This document shows positions 9,298 through 19,854 of a stretch of DNA of 64,000 bases, in pieces. The notes under the pieces were generated by a model that worked only from the letters and a program-made list of their open reading frames with translations, was not told the origin of the DNA and ran no database searches. The position numbers were made by a program, and so were the translations under genes. Within the stretch, counting starts at the first letter, position 1. Each line of letters opens with the position of its first letter. Origin of the DNA: an uncultured Acidobacteriota bacterium (GTDB lineage Bacteria > Acidobacteriota > Terriglobia > UBA7540); assembly GCA_963804995.1 (NCBI GenBank), contig CAWDSK010000001.1, positions 64,001 through 128,000 of the forward strand, in the 5' to 3' direction.

Positions 9298-10628
9298 CAG
9301 TGCTGTCCCAAGAAAGTTGGGGCGCATCGCCGTAACTGCTTGATCGAAAAGAAGTAAGAGGTCGGGATGTTACTTTTCGATTTCAATTTTCTGCGGCTCT
9401 TTTGGCATCATTCTGTTGTGTCCCAGCCCAAGCCGGAGGCAGCAGATGAATGTTGGTCGCAGTGTTTTCTCGCAACTTTTGGATTTTCTCCCGACCTACC
9501 AGTTCGAGATTTGCGTCGATCGCTACCAGGGCAATCGTTACGTGAAGGACTTCTCTTGTTGGGACCAGTTCCTTTGCTTGCTGTTCGCTCAACTCACTTA
9601 TCGCCGCAGCTTGCGCGATATCGAAGCTTGTCTGCGCGCCCAGCCCTCCAAACTTTATCATATGGGTTTTCGCGGACAAGTTTCGCGCAACACGCTGGCG
9701 CACGCCAACGAGGTTCGCGACTGGCGCATCTACCGCGACTTCGCGCAAGCGTTGATTCACCTCGCGCGCGATCTTTACCGCGAGGAATCTTTCGGCGTGG
9801 ACTTGTCCGAGACCGTGTATGCCTTCGACTCGACCACCATCGATTTGTGCTTGTCGCTCTTCCCTTGGGGAAAGTTCCGCCGGCACAAAAGTGCGGTCAA
9901 ACTACATACCCTGTTGGACGTGCGCGGCAGCATTCCGACCAGTGTTTATGTGACCGGCGGGCAGGTGCACGATGTCAACCTTCTCGACGAACTGTTCCTG
10001 GAACCGGGAGCGCTTTACTTGCTCGACCGCGGTTATGTGGACTTCGCGCGTCTCTATCTGTTCACGCAAGCCTGCGCCTTTTTCGTTACGCGCGCCAAAA
10101 AGAACTTGCAGTTCTACCTGCGCACCTCGCGCCCGGTCGATCGCTCCAGCGGCCTGCGCTGCGACCAAATCATTCGCCTCACCGGCATCCGCACGGCGCA
10201 ACGCTATCCCGATCAACTTCGTCGCATCGTCTTCTACGATGCCGAAAAAGACTCGCGGCTGACCTTCCTGACCAACAACTTTTCCCTGCTTCCCTTGCTC
10301 ATCGCCCAACTCTATCGGGTACGCTGGCAGGTGGAACTGTTCTTTCGCTGGATCAAACAGCACCTCCGCATCAAGGCTTTTTACGGTACCTCCGAGAACG
10401 CCGTGAAGACGCAAGTGTGGGTCGCCCTGGCGGCTTACGTTCTGGTAGCCATCGCCAAAAAGCAACTCGGGCTGGACATGAGTCTCTATCAAATTCTCGA
10501 AATTCTCAGTGTCACGATCTTCGAAAAAACCCCGATTTTAGAGGGTTTTTCCAACTTCAACGAGCAATCTACCGATGTCGATCCAGGTATCCAATTGAGC
10601 CTGTTCGACTTGTAATGGGACAGCACTG
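9298..10628 (+). mobile_element. IS4-family insertion sequence, intact
   Basis: Perfect 13-bp TIR CAGTGCTGTCCCA/TGGGACAGCACTG; 9-bp TSD ATAGGCAGT at 9289-9297 and 10629-10637. Confidence 0.95.
9446..10615 (+). CDS. IS4-family transposase (DUF4372 + DDE_Tnp_1)
   Basis: GGAGG RBS; AFDSTTI, LLDRGY and YREK-type YRVRWQVELFFRWIKQ signatures. Confidence 0.93.
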   Translation: MNVGRSVFSQLLDFLPTYQFEICVDRYQGNRYVKDFSCWDQFLCLLFAQLTYRRSLRDIEACLRAQPSKLYHMGFRGQVSRNTLAHANEVRDWRIYRDFAQALIHLARDLYREESFGVDLSETVYAFDSTTIDLCLSLFPWGKFRRHKSAVKLHTLLDVRGSIPTSVYVTGGQVHDVNLLDELFLEPGALYLLDRGYVDFARLYLFTQACAFFVTRAKKNLQFYLRTSRPVDRSSGLRCDQIIRLTGIRTAQRYPDQLRRIVFYDAEKDSRLTFLTNNFSLLPLLIAQLYRVRWQVELFFRWIKQHLRIKAFYGTSENAVKTQVWVALAAYVLVAIAKKQLGLDMSLYQILEILSVTIFEKTPILEGFSNFNEQSTDVDPGIQLSLFDL

Positions 10629-10777
10629 ATAGGCAGTATTAACTGGGGTGACCTGTTTTGAACACTTAGCTGTCCGGTTTTGAACAGACAGCCTGTGTCC
10701 GAGGCCTGAGTATGCACATTTGCCTGTTAATGCGGTGAGGGGCAGTCCTCTGTTCTCTTGTCCGCCAGGAGGATCCT

Positions 10778-12199
10778 GTGGCGAGCGTCCCGAACATCCT
10801 TGTCGTTGATGACGAACCTCACATGGTCAACTTTCTGCGCACGCTGCTGGAAGCTGAGTCCTACAAGGTGGAGACGGCCGCCAATGGTCTCGAGGCTGTG
10901 CGGCGCGTTCAAGAGGAGCCTATCCCCGATCTTGTCTTGCTGGACGTGGCCATGCCGGGGTTTGATGGCCTTGAGACGCTGGGACGCATCAGTGGAATCC
11001 GGCCCGGAATCAAAGTGGTCATGCTTTCTTGTGTCAACGATCCTCGGACAGTCGTGAAGGCGATCCGTCTGGGGGCACAAGACTACTTGCCCAAGCCGTT
11101 CCAACAAGCGGATCTTGAGGCCGTGATGAAGAGGGCCCTGGGGCGCTCAGACCCAGGGCCTGAAGAGGAGACCTCGCTCAAGACCGTGGAAGAGGTGGGG
11201 GATGACCTGTACTTTCTTGCCGCCTGCGAGGCCATGCGCAAGATTCGCAGTCAAGTCGGCATGATCGCGGGCGTTGACGTCCCGGTGCTGATTCTGGGTG
11301 AGAGCGGCACGGGCAAGGAAGTTCTCGCACGCTTAATCCACACTCTGTCCCCGCGAGCCAACCAAACATTCTTAAAGGTCAATTGCGCGGCCCTTCCCAA
11401 CGATCTACTGGAAAGCGAACTCTTTGGTTTCGAGGCCGGCGCATTTACAGGTGCGATAAAATCCAAGCCGGGCAGGTTCGAGCTCTGCGATAAGGGGACA
11501 ATTCTCTTGGATGAAATTGGCGAGATGTCGCCAGCTTTACAGGCCAAGCTGCTTCAGGTATTGCAGGATCATCAGTTTTCCAGACTCGGCGGTCGTTCTA
11601 TGGTCAAGGTAGACGTGCGCATTCTGGCTACAACCAATGTGGATATTCCCAAGGCCCTGGCGTCCGGGAGACTGCGCGAAGACCTCTATTATCGGCTGAA
11701 CGCGTTCACTCTGACCATACCGCCGCTGCGCGAGCGCCGCCAGGAGATTCCTCTGCTTCTCCGGCACTTCATGGCCCGTTTCGCCGCGCAGTATATGCGT
11801 GAGCCACTCCCCCTCACGCCGGCGCTTGTGGATGCCGCGATGGCGCACGCCTGGCCGGGTAACCTGCGCGAGTTGGAAAATTTTGTGAAGCGCTATTTGA
11901 TCCTTGGAGATGAGTACCAGGTTATCCAAGAACTCCGCACTCGCCGGGGTGGAGCCGCCGACACTTCCGAGCCTTCCCCGGCCCCGAAGAAACCTACTAA
12001 TGGGGATCTGAAATCACTCGTTCGTAACCTCAAGGATGAGGCGGAGATTAAGGCAATCGGTGAGGCTCTTCAGCATACGAAGTGGAATCGCAAGGCTGCC
12101 TCGCGCCTACTGAAAATCAGTTACAAGGCATTGCTCTACAAGGTTCGCGAGTATGGCCTTGAGGAAGATCACGGTAGAACTAGCGCGCGTGCAGCTTAA
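10778..12199 (+). CDS. NtrC-family sigma-54-dependent response regulator (receiver-AAA-HTH), PrsR-like
   Basis: VVDDE...LLDVAMP receiver; GESGTGKE; ESELFGFEAGAFTGA; LDEIGE; WPGNLREL; Fis-type HTH. Confidence 0.93.
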   Translation: MASVPNILVVDDEPHMVNFLRTLLEAESYKVETAANGLEAVRRVQEEPIPDLVLLDVAMPGFDGLETLGRISGIRPGIKVVMLSCVNDPRTVVKAIRLGAQDYLPKPFQQADLEAVMKRALGRSDPGPEEETSLKTVEEVGDDLYFLAACEAMRKIRSQVGMIAGVDVPVLILGESGTGKEVLARLIHTLSPRANQTFLKVNCAALPNDLLESELFGFEAGAFTGAIKSKPGRFELCDKGTILLDEIGEMSPALQAKLLQVLQDHQFSRLGGRSMVKVDVRILATTNVDIPKALASGRLREDLYYRLNAFTLTIPPLRERRQEIPLLLRHFMARFAAQYMREPLPLTPALVDAAMAHAWPGNLRELENFVKRYLILGDEYQVIQELRTRRGGAADTSEPSPAPKKPTNGDLKSLVRNLKDEAEIKAIGEALQHTKWNRKAASRLLKISYKALLYKVREYGLEEDHGRTSARAA

Positions 12200-12687
12200 G
12201 GTGGCCCAGTCGCTTGGATGAAATCCTCTCCATGTCATCAGATAGGATCAGGGAGGGAAAATTACTTCGCTTGGTGTGCAAACTTTTTCTCTCTTTTTAC
12301 CTCTCTGCCATTGCGGGGAGTACCTTTATCTGCCCCACCATTCTTTCCCCAAGGCGCGTAGCCTTATGAAACCGCAAGGCGCTAAGTCTTTGATCCCGCC
12401 CTATGACTAGGATTTGGTGCAATATACTAAGTTAAAGCTCCTTTGGTCTTCCGTGTGCATTTATGCGCTTTGACATGGGTAAAGCGCATCCGTCTTGGCC
12501 CGGGCGAATGTGGCAAAGCCTGCCTCGGGCGAAGGCCCCCTTAGTGACACTATCGCGGATCTTCAGGTCTCCCGGTGAAGATGGGAAGGCGACACGCCGG
12601 CGGCTGTTGCGGCCATGGGTTGCTCAACTCGCCAGTCATTCGGTCGTATTTGAAACGCGATACCTGTGATGATGGGAAGGGTGGATC

Positions 12688-13785
12688 GTGGAACGTGCCG
12701 ACCAACAAATGGCGAACGACACCTCGATTTCAAGCTTAGGGTTGTCCGGGGTAGGCGAACCCACCTTCCCGCCGGATTCCGTAGTTTTTGGGCGCTCTCC
12801 CGCCATGGAGGTTGTCCGTCTCAAAATTCGGAAGGTGGCGGGGACGAACGTGCCGGTCCTCATCCAGGGGGAGAGCGGGACAGGCAAAGAGGTTCTAGCC
12901 AGGCTGTTGCATTTCCAGGCTCCCTGGAGCGACGGCCCCTGGGTGAAGGTGTGTTGTCCTGCCATTCCCAGCACGTTACTCGAAAGCGAGCTTTTTGGCT
13001 ACGAAAGAGGCGCGTTCACCGGCGCTTATGGTATGAAACCCGGCCGCGTCGAGCTGGCAAATCGCGGCACACTGTTTCTCGACGAGATTAGCGAGCTTGA
13101 CATGGGGCTTCAGGCGAAGCTCTTGCAGCTCTTACAGGATGGCCAGTTCTCGCGAATTGGGGCCCAGGAGGACAAACGAGTCGAGGTGCGGATCGTTTGC
13201 GCGACCAACCGCAATCTCGACAAGGAAATCGCGGCGGGAGCCTTTCGCTTGGATCTTTTCTATAGGGTCAACGTCCTTGACATGCAACTGCCGCCTCTGC
13301 GCGAGCGACGTGAGGATATTCCGGATTTGGTGAACTACTTCCTCGAAACTCATGGCGCTATGTTCAAGTGCACCCCTCGTCCTATCTCTTCCAGCCTGAT
13401 GCACGCGTTGAAGGCATACGATTGGCCAGGAAACATTCGCCAACTCGAGAACTTGGTCAAGCGTTACGTGATCATGGGAACCGAGGAAGAAGTCGTCAGG
13501 GATCTTGTCGCAAGTCGTCCCTCTTCAACTTCAACCTTTGAGCCGCAGATCCCAGCCGATGGTCCCATCTCATTAAAAGAGATTACGCAGCAGGCCGTGA
13601 CCGAGATTGAACGAAAAGTCATCTTGAGAACCCTAATAGCCCACAATTGGAACCGAAAACGAGCCGCCCGAGCACTGAGCATCAGCTACCGGTCGTTGCT
13701 GTACAAGATTCGGGATGCGGGGCTTTCTACCCCAGACTCGCGCTCCCCAGCGCAAATGGCTACCCACCCCGTTGCAGACGCTTGA
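12688..13785 (+). CDS. Sigma-54 activator (AAA-HTH) lacking a regulatory domain
   Basis: GESGTGKE, ESELFGYERGAFTGA, WPGNIRQL and HTH with only a short N-terminal extension; start may be 12709. Confidence 0.9.
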   Translation: MERADQQMANDTSISSLGLSGVGEPTFPPDSVVFGRSPAMEVVRLKIRKVAGTNVPVLIQGESGTGKEVLARLLHFQAPWSDGPWVKVCCPAIPSTLLESELFGYERGAFTGAYGMKPGRVELANRGTLFLDEISELDMGLQAKLLQLLQDGQFSRIGAQEDKRVEVRIVCATNRNLDKEIAAGAFRLDLFYRVNVLDMQLPPLRERREDIPDLVNYFLETHGAMFKCTPRPISSSLMHALKAYDWPGNIRQLENLVKRYVIMGTEEEVVRDLVASRPSSTSTFEPQIPADGPISLKEITQQAVTEIERKVILRTLIAHNWNRKRAARALSISYRSLLYKIRDAGLSTPDSRSPAQMATHPVADA

Positions 13786-13932
13786 TTCGAATGCTGAGCC
13801 AGGTTCTGGAATCTTTTGGGGACATTCCAAGTTAATTCCGTATCAGCGCAACGGTTTGCACATCCGATCGGAACCTCCCACTTGAGCGCCCTCTAACACA
13901 TTGAAATAAAAGGCTAAGGTTCATGCCCAGAT

Positions 13933-13948
13933 TGGTGCGTCGCGTGCT
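13933..13948 (+). promoter_or_regulatory. Candidate sigma-54 (-24/-12) promoter of PEP-CTERM gene 1
   Basis: TGGTGCGTCGCGTGCT = GG-N10-GC; IHF-like site ~13895-13907; candidate enhancer at 13845-13862. Confidence 0.6.
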
Positions 13949-13990
13949 CGGTATAGAGCTGAAGAGACAAGAGTCCTATTGGGGGTCTAT

Positions 13991-14695
13991 ATGAAGAGAG
14001 TATCCCTTATCGCTGCACTTTGCCTTTTGCTGTTGCCCATCGCGGGCTTAGCCAACGTCATCAACTTTACCGGGAGTGCCGGGGGGACGATCAGCCTAGT
14101 ACCTGGTGCCGGTGGGTTTACAACCTCGGGGATTACGATGGGTTATGTTCAAGGAGTCACGGTTCCACTTCACCAAACAGGAGCTCCTGGCTTAGCGGTG
14201 ACTGGTGGCACCCTGAGCTTTACGGGTACTGAGACGGGTGTTAGCAATATTGCTGGTGTTGAGACGTATTCTATTAGTCTCACGTCCCTTAGTATCGCGG
14301 GCGCTGTTCCGGGTGCTGGTATTGCCAGCACGACTCTCCTGAACTTTGCCCCCGGTGCCGCAACCGCACTGATCTTGACCACCAGCTCGAGTGGTTGGAG
14401 CGTTGATATGTCCGGGCTTCCCATCACGCTTAGCTCTGCTTTGATGACATGGTTCGGTGTTACCGATCCCCCGGCATGGTCGTTCGACAGTTCCATAAAC
14501 ACACCTCAGGGACCTACCTGTGCATATACCAATATTTGCGGCTCAAGCGGCTTCACACTTCCAGCACCAACCCAAAGCCAGTTTACAGCACTAAATTCGG
14601 CGACGGTGCCTGAACCGGCAACCCTCTCGTTGCTAGGTTTGGGCCTGTTTGGAGTTCTTGGCCTTGGGCGTCGGCGCCGCCACGAAGCGCTTTGA
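13991..14695 (+). CDS. PEP-CTERM sorting-domain surface protein, Ser/Thr/Gly-rich
   Basis: Signal peptide; C-terminal VPEPATLSLLGLGLFGVLGLGRRRR. Confidence 0.92.
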   Translation: MKRVSLIAALCLLLLPIAGLANVINFTGSAGGTISLVPGAGGFTTSGITMGYVQGVTVPLHQTGAPGLAVTGGTLSFTGTETGVSNIAGVETYSISLTSLSIAGAVPGAGIASTTLLNFAPGAATALILTTSSSGWSVDMSGLPITLSSALMTWFGVTDPPAWSFDSSINTPQGPTCAYTNICGSSGFTLPAPTQSQFTALNSATVPEPATLSLLGLGLFGVLGLGRRRRHEAL

Positions 14696-14765
14696 ATGGC
14701 GGGGGCCCTCAGAGGGTAAGAGAGCCACGCGCTGGGACGCAAGCGAAATTAAGGGATGCTAATCT

Positions 14766-14798
14766 CCCCGGCCACTGTGCAGCGGTGGCCGGGGTTTA
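14766..14798 (+). terminator. Probable intrinsic terminator
   Basis: CCCCGGCCAC-loop-GTGGCCGGGG followed by TTTA. Confidence 0.55.
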
Positions 14799-15110
14799 GT
14801 GTCTGCAAAGTCTGAACCCCGATCCCCACGCTCACGCTGGATTTGGCGCTGAGCAGGGCTGAAAAAGGCTTGCCTGGGCCAAAGTAATTCCTGCAGTTTC
14901 TTCCGTCCTTCCCGACGAGCAGCTCCCAAAACTCATATCGCGGCGGCCCATCGTTCTCGCACGGGAACTCGATACTGGAAATTCCGGTTGAGGGTAGCTG
15001 CCTTCCCTTTTTGCGCAGGGTGTTGCGCTTGCTTGTCCGTTCCAAGCTACGCTGTCCATGTAACCGTCTGAATCTTCGAATCTTGGCGCAGTGGAGACTC
15101 ATGCCCTGTT

Positions 15111-15126
15111 TGGCTGCTAACGTGCC
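15111..15126 (+). promoter_or_regulatory. Candidate sigma-54 promoter of PEP-CTERM gene 2
   Basis: TGGCTGCTAACGTGCC = GG-N10-GC, 45 nt before the ATG; candidate enhancer at 15012-15029. Confidence 0.55.
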
Positions 15127-15171
15127 AGTAGGGTAAGCTAGTGTAGTCTAAGAAACTCTCGGGAGGGAAAG

Positions 15172-16089
15172 ATGCTGAAGAGACGGGTCACTTCCATATT
15201 GGTTTTTTGCTTGGTCCTTATCCCGCTCGCGCAACTTAATGCTTCTGCGGATACGTTAGGGACTGCGGATAGTTTTGCGGTCCTGGCGGGTACGGAGGTG
15301 ACCAACATCACTAACCCAGCTCATGGCTTGACTGTAATCACCGGAGATCTGGGTGTCTCCCCATCAGCCCCCAACTTGGTTACTGGCTTTCCCCCCGGGA
15401 CTGTGACTGGAACGATATATACGTACCCCAATGCGGTGGTGGGAGGGGCTAAGACTGACCTCACGACTGCCTTCACTGCGTTATCCCCATTAAGCGACCC
15501 GCCCACTGCCACAATTCCGGGTGGTCTCCTGGATGGACTGCACCTCGGGCCGGGCGTCTATTCAGTTTCCGCGCCGCCAAGTAATTTGACGGGAACACTC
15601 TATCTCAACGACGGTGGCGTCAACGGTTCGATATTCGTTTTCCAGATGTCGAGCTCGCTGATTACCTCACCCGGCGCGGTAGTTGATGTGAGCGGCCTCT
15701 TACCAAGTGACAGCCTTTTTTGGGTGGTCGACAGCTCCGCGACTCTCGATGTCGACACTACGTTCTACGGGAATATTCTCGCGTACGCGTCCATCACTTT
15801 CGATCCCGGCGCCACGGATCTCTGCGGTAGAGCCCTGGCGGAAACCGGTGAAGTGACGTTTGCTGGACAGGCGGAGCCTTCAAAGACTCAGAACGCGGTC
15901 TCCATTGGCTGCACGAACACTTATGGCTACGGTGGTGGCGGCTTTAACGGTAACCCACCCGTCCCACCCGTCACCACTCCAGAACCCGGCACATTGCCAC
16001 TCTTGGGCTCCGGTTTCGCCGGGTTGGTCGGCATGGCACGGATGACGCGGGCGAAGGCGTGGACGCGTTCGGCGAAGAGCCGCTGCTAG
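15172..16089 (+). CDS. DUF3494 ice-binding-like protein with PEP-CTERM sorting signal
   Basis: Signal peptide; FAVLAGTEVTN, TVITGDLGVSP, TGFPPG, LGPGVY, FVFQM, FWVVDSSATL, FYGNILA, GRALA; C-terminal TPEPGTLPLLGSG...basic tail. Confidence 0.88.
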   Translation: MLKRRVTSILVFCLVLIPLAQLNASADTLGTADSFAVLAGTEVTNITNPAHGLTVITGDLGVSPSAPNLVTGFPPGTVTGTIYTYPNAVVGGAKTDLTTAFTALSPLSDPPTATIPGGLLDGLHLGPGVYSVSAPPSNLTGTLYLNDGGVNGSIFVFQMSSSLITSPGAVVDVSGLLPSDSLFWVVDSSATLDVDTTFYGNILAYASITFDPGATDLCGRALAETGEVTFAGQAEPSKTQNAVSIGCTNTYGYGGGGFNGNPPVPPVTTPEPGTLPLLGSGFAGLVGMARMTRAKAWTRSAKSRC

Positions 16090-16677
16090 TGTAGTGTCCG
16101 GTAATTAACTGGACATCGTAGCGCCACCATCTTGGCGGCATTTGCCGGCAGGATGCTGGCGCTACGTTCACATTAGGGCCCTTACTAACTAGACAAATTG
16201 TCATCCTGTTCTACCATTTATCATAATGCTGCTAACCGTATTTGTTTTCAATAACCTCTCAGCTTTGGCGCTCAGAAATCTCCAGCCGACACGCTTTGTT
16301 TTCAACATGTTCTCAGCTTTGGGCATTTTGGGCATCCAGCGACACATTGTCGGCTAAGAATGAACAGCTCAGACGGTGCGTTTTCGGTCTCATATTTACG
16401 CTTCGGGGCCTCCCTACGGTGCGCTCCACGCCCAGTCCTTCCGACAGTCAGCGCAGCCGGATTATACCAATCAGTAACACTTAGTGTCAAGCTTTATTGT
16501 TGCGGGGGATGAACTGGAGAAAGTAGGGCCTCCATCTTCGCCGCGAACCCTGCCCACTCTGAAATTAGTCGCTCCGGCGGCAAAGTGCACCACTACCGGG
16601 CTCTGGCCTCAATGCTAAGTTTGGGCCGTATGCGGAGAAGCTTCTCCCTCAATGCTTCGGCCTTCGGAACGTCCTAT

Positions 16678-16771
16678 CCAGGATTTCTCACGAGTGAGGG
16701 GAAAGGCGGGGCTGAAGCCCCGCCCTTCCGAGTTCTCGAAGAAAACGCCTCGGCGTAGTGAGAAATCCTGG
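16678..16771. mobile_element. 94-bp MITE (copy 1, empty)
   Basis: Perfect 14-bp TIR CCAGGATTTCTCAC/GTGAGAAATCCTGG; 4-bp direct repeat CTAT on both sides; internal palindrome GGCGGGGCT-GA-AGCCCCGCC. Confidence 0.75.
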
Positions 16772-16994
16772 CTATATCCACATCTCTTCGTACGGCTGCA
16801 AGCACGCCAGGAGCGACGCGCGAACGGTCGTAGATGATTAGCCTATCCGTAACCCCTACCGATCAGGACGTGCCAATCGTGAGACATCAGAGGTTGACCG
16901 TAAAGAAAGACGCCCAACCGGTGCCAGCACAGGCCCCCCCCAGAGGGGCTTAAAAGGCGTTTGCGCGGGCGTACCGGCTTTCCCGTCGCACAGC

Positions 16995-19311
16995 CTACCC
17001 TTTGCCGAGGTCCGCCAGTTGCTTGTGAATCTCTTGGCCCTTTACGTATCCGGGGTCTAGTTTTAGAACTTGTCGGAACTGAGTGGCGGCAGCCGCGGCG
17101 TTCCCCGATCGCTGATAAGCCACTCCGAGGTGGTAGTGGTAGGTGGGATTGTCCGGTGTCTGCGTGAGGGCTTTCAGCAGGAGATCGATTGCAGACCCGT
17201 AGATACCTTTCATAATATAGGCCCAGGCCAACGTATCGGCTGTGCTAGGGGAATCCGGCAGGCTGTTGCGCGCGGTCTGTGCCAGCGAGAGGGCTACGTC
17301 CACATTCCCCCCATGCTCGAGAAGCAGGAACGCGAGGTTGTTTGCCCCTAACCCGTACCCGGGATCGATCTGCATGGCCTTCTGATAAGCTTCCTCGGCT
17401 TTCTGCCAGTTCCCGGATTTCTCCTCAAGAACACCTACGACCGCATAGGCTCGCACACCGCGGGGATTTTGCTGCACCGCGCGCTCGGCGCTGGCCAGGG
17501 CCTGGGGAAGCGAACCGCGGGCGGCTTGCGCATCGGCAAGCATGAGGAAGGCATTAACGTTGTTGTGATCGAGTTCGACGGCCTTCTCAAAAGCGGCTTG
17601 CGCCTTCTCGAAATCCCGGAGGCCGTAGAAAGCCTGCCCGAGCATCAGGTAGTAGGCACTATTATTCGGCGCCCGCGTGATCTGGTCCTGGAGCCGGCTG
17701 ATGAGGACGTTGGCTGGCTTTTTCTTCGAGGGCATAGGTCTGCAATAAGCCGCCCAGAGCCTCTGTGAACGCGGGGTTAATGCCGAGGGCCTGATCATAA
17801 AGTGCCTCAGCCTCTTTGTATTTTTTCTGACCTGTCCGGACCTCGCCCAGACGCGTATAAGCAAGCGGGTCGTGGGGCGCCAGTTCGATAGCCTTCTTGA
17901 GGTCCGCTTCGGCTCCGACCAGGTCTCGCCGGCGTGCTTCCACTATAGCGCGAACGTTGTAGCCCCTGGGGGAAGTGGGCTGAGCGGTAATCAGCGCCTC
18001 AGCGCTTTTCTCGGCTTGTTCAAGGTCGTTTTGCTCTAGCCCAAGTTGTGCCAGAGCCTCCTGCGCCGGGGCTAGGTTGGGCTGCAGCTTTACGGCTTGC
18101 TGCCACTCTGTGTGTGCCTGCTCAAGATAGCCCGCCTTCGAATAGGCGACGCCCAAGTTGTAATGGCAAAACGCATTGTCCGGTTCGGTCTTGAGCACCG
18201 ACTGGAACAAGGGTATGGCATCGTTCGCCCGACCCTGGTTAACCCAGACCTGCCCTCTGACGACGAGGGCCTCGGGGGCGGCTGGATTCTCCTTCAATAC
18301 CTGGTCGTTGATCTTCGTCGCTTCGTCCAGACGATTGCCCGCAATGAGAAGCTTGACGTAGTTCATTTTGACTTGGAGATCCTTGGGGTGCTCTTGGCAA
18401 AGGCCGCCAAACTCCTCAAGGGCCTTGTCCATCTTGCCAGTCTGAACGTAAAACTCGCCGAGCATCCGGTAGCCGTCGGGGTTGTCGCTGAAGGCCTGCT
18501 TCGCCTGCTTCAACACTTCGACCGCTTCAGTCTCTTTCCCATCCGCCAAGTAAACACGCACGAGGGCTCCGCGGGGGGAAAGGTTCTTGGGATCCAGCTC
18601 GATGGCGTGCTGGAACTGCTGCTCCGCTTCTTGGAACCGGCGCTGTCCGGCATAGAAGGCTCCTAATGCGATTGCCGGGGTCGACGATCTGGGATCCAGG
18701 GTTATCGCCTTTCTATAGCTGTCCTCTGCCGCCGAGGGCTGCTTCGCGTGCATCTGCAGCATGGCCAACTTTATGTAAGAACTGGACTGGTTCGGAGCAA
18801 GCCGAATGGCCGTCTGCATTTCGTCCAGTGCGCCCTGAGAATTGCCCATCGCGGCAATGGCGTATGCCAAGAGCGTGTGCGCATCTACGTTCTGCGGCTC
18901 CGCCGCCAGGACGAGTTTTGCCTTGTCTTCTGCTTGCTGGGATTGACGAGCGGCGAGCAGTACATTGCCCAAATCGATTTGGGCTTTCCAATTCCGTGGA
19001 GCCAGATTAACCGTCTGGTTCAGTTCCGTGAAAACTCCTGCCCAAATCCCCAGCTTCATGTAGCACTGCGCCAACTGGTAGTGAGCGTCCGCATACTGCG
19101 GGTCTATCTTGATGGCATTCTGGAGCTGGATTGCGGCCTCGTGATATTTCCCCTTTTGGAAGTACGTCATCGCGCTTGTGTAATACTTCTGCTTCCTGGC
19201 GCTGGGATCCCGCCAGGAGCGGCTCGCAAGGAAGATTACGATCAGGGAAAGTCCTAGAAGCAAAAAGAGTAAATATCCAAGTCTCCTCTTTGTCAATGCA
19301 AGTTTCCACAT
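16995..19311 (-). pseudogene. PrsT-like tetratricopeptide-repeat protein of the PEP-CTERM/exosortase system, split by a 1-nt frameshift at about 17720
   Basis: Continuous TPR repeats across ORFs 17662-19350 and 16995-17864; C-terminal ANNLAFLL...ADTLAWAY...YHYHLG; junction at a T5 run (17719-17723). Confidence 0.85.
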
Positions 19312-19361
19312 GAAGAACCGACGCTCCCCTAAGATATATAGCGATGGCAACCCCTCGTGAT

Positions 19362-19377
19362 AGCACGTGCATAGCCA
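19362..19377 (-). promoter_or_regulatory. Candidate sigma-54 promoter of the TPR gene
   Basis: TGGCTATGCACGTGCT on the minus strand = GG-N10-GC, 50 nt before ATG 19311. Confidence 0.6.
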
Positions 19378-19790
19378 AGGTAGCGGCTTTCACTCGCTTC
19401 GCGGATGGAGTCCTCCCATGGCTCCCAGGCAAGGGGCAATCGCGCGTTTCGAAGCAGAGCCCAACTCAGAGCCACCTAGTGCATAGCTCCAGCCAGGAGT
19501 TTCCGCCGCGACCTTCCTGGCAAGAAGAGTCCATACATCCCCACGGGAGGTGCCCTGCCACAGCGGGTATCTGCCCTTTCTCAGATAGTTGCACGTAACA
19601 CCCTACTTCCTCCCTAAAAGGTGAACATGGTTGCATCAGTTTGCAGTATGAAGGAAAACTTCTTCCACTAAGTGAACGAGCCCTGGGACTGTGCGTTCGG
19701 GAACAGGACAGCAGCTGTGGATTCTGCATCTGGCCGACAACAAGGGCGTTGTGGAAGAGGAAGGCGTTTTTCGGTACGCTTCCCGGACAT

Positions 19791-19806
19791 TGGCCCGCCC
19801 CTTGCT
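19791..19806 (+). promoter_or_regulatory. Sigma-54 promoter of the EPS export operon
   Basis: TGGCCCGCCCCTTGCT closely matches TGGCAC-N5-TTGCW. Confidence 0.72.
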
Positions 19807-19854
19807 ATTCCGAAGACATTTAAGCTCCAGATTCCTGAAAGGAACGCCTATCAC

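Noticed and set aside
12340..12660. c-di-GMP or other riboswitch, a sigma-54 promoter at 12415, and the 68-aa ORF
   Set aside because: No riboswitch consensus recognised; TGGTGC lacks GC at the -12 position; the ORF has no supporting features
16241..16323. CRISPR-like repeats (TTTGTTTTCAA...CTCAGCTTT twice)
   Set aside because: Only two imperfect copies and no cas genes; more like IHF-type or dispersed AT-rich motifs
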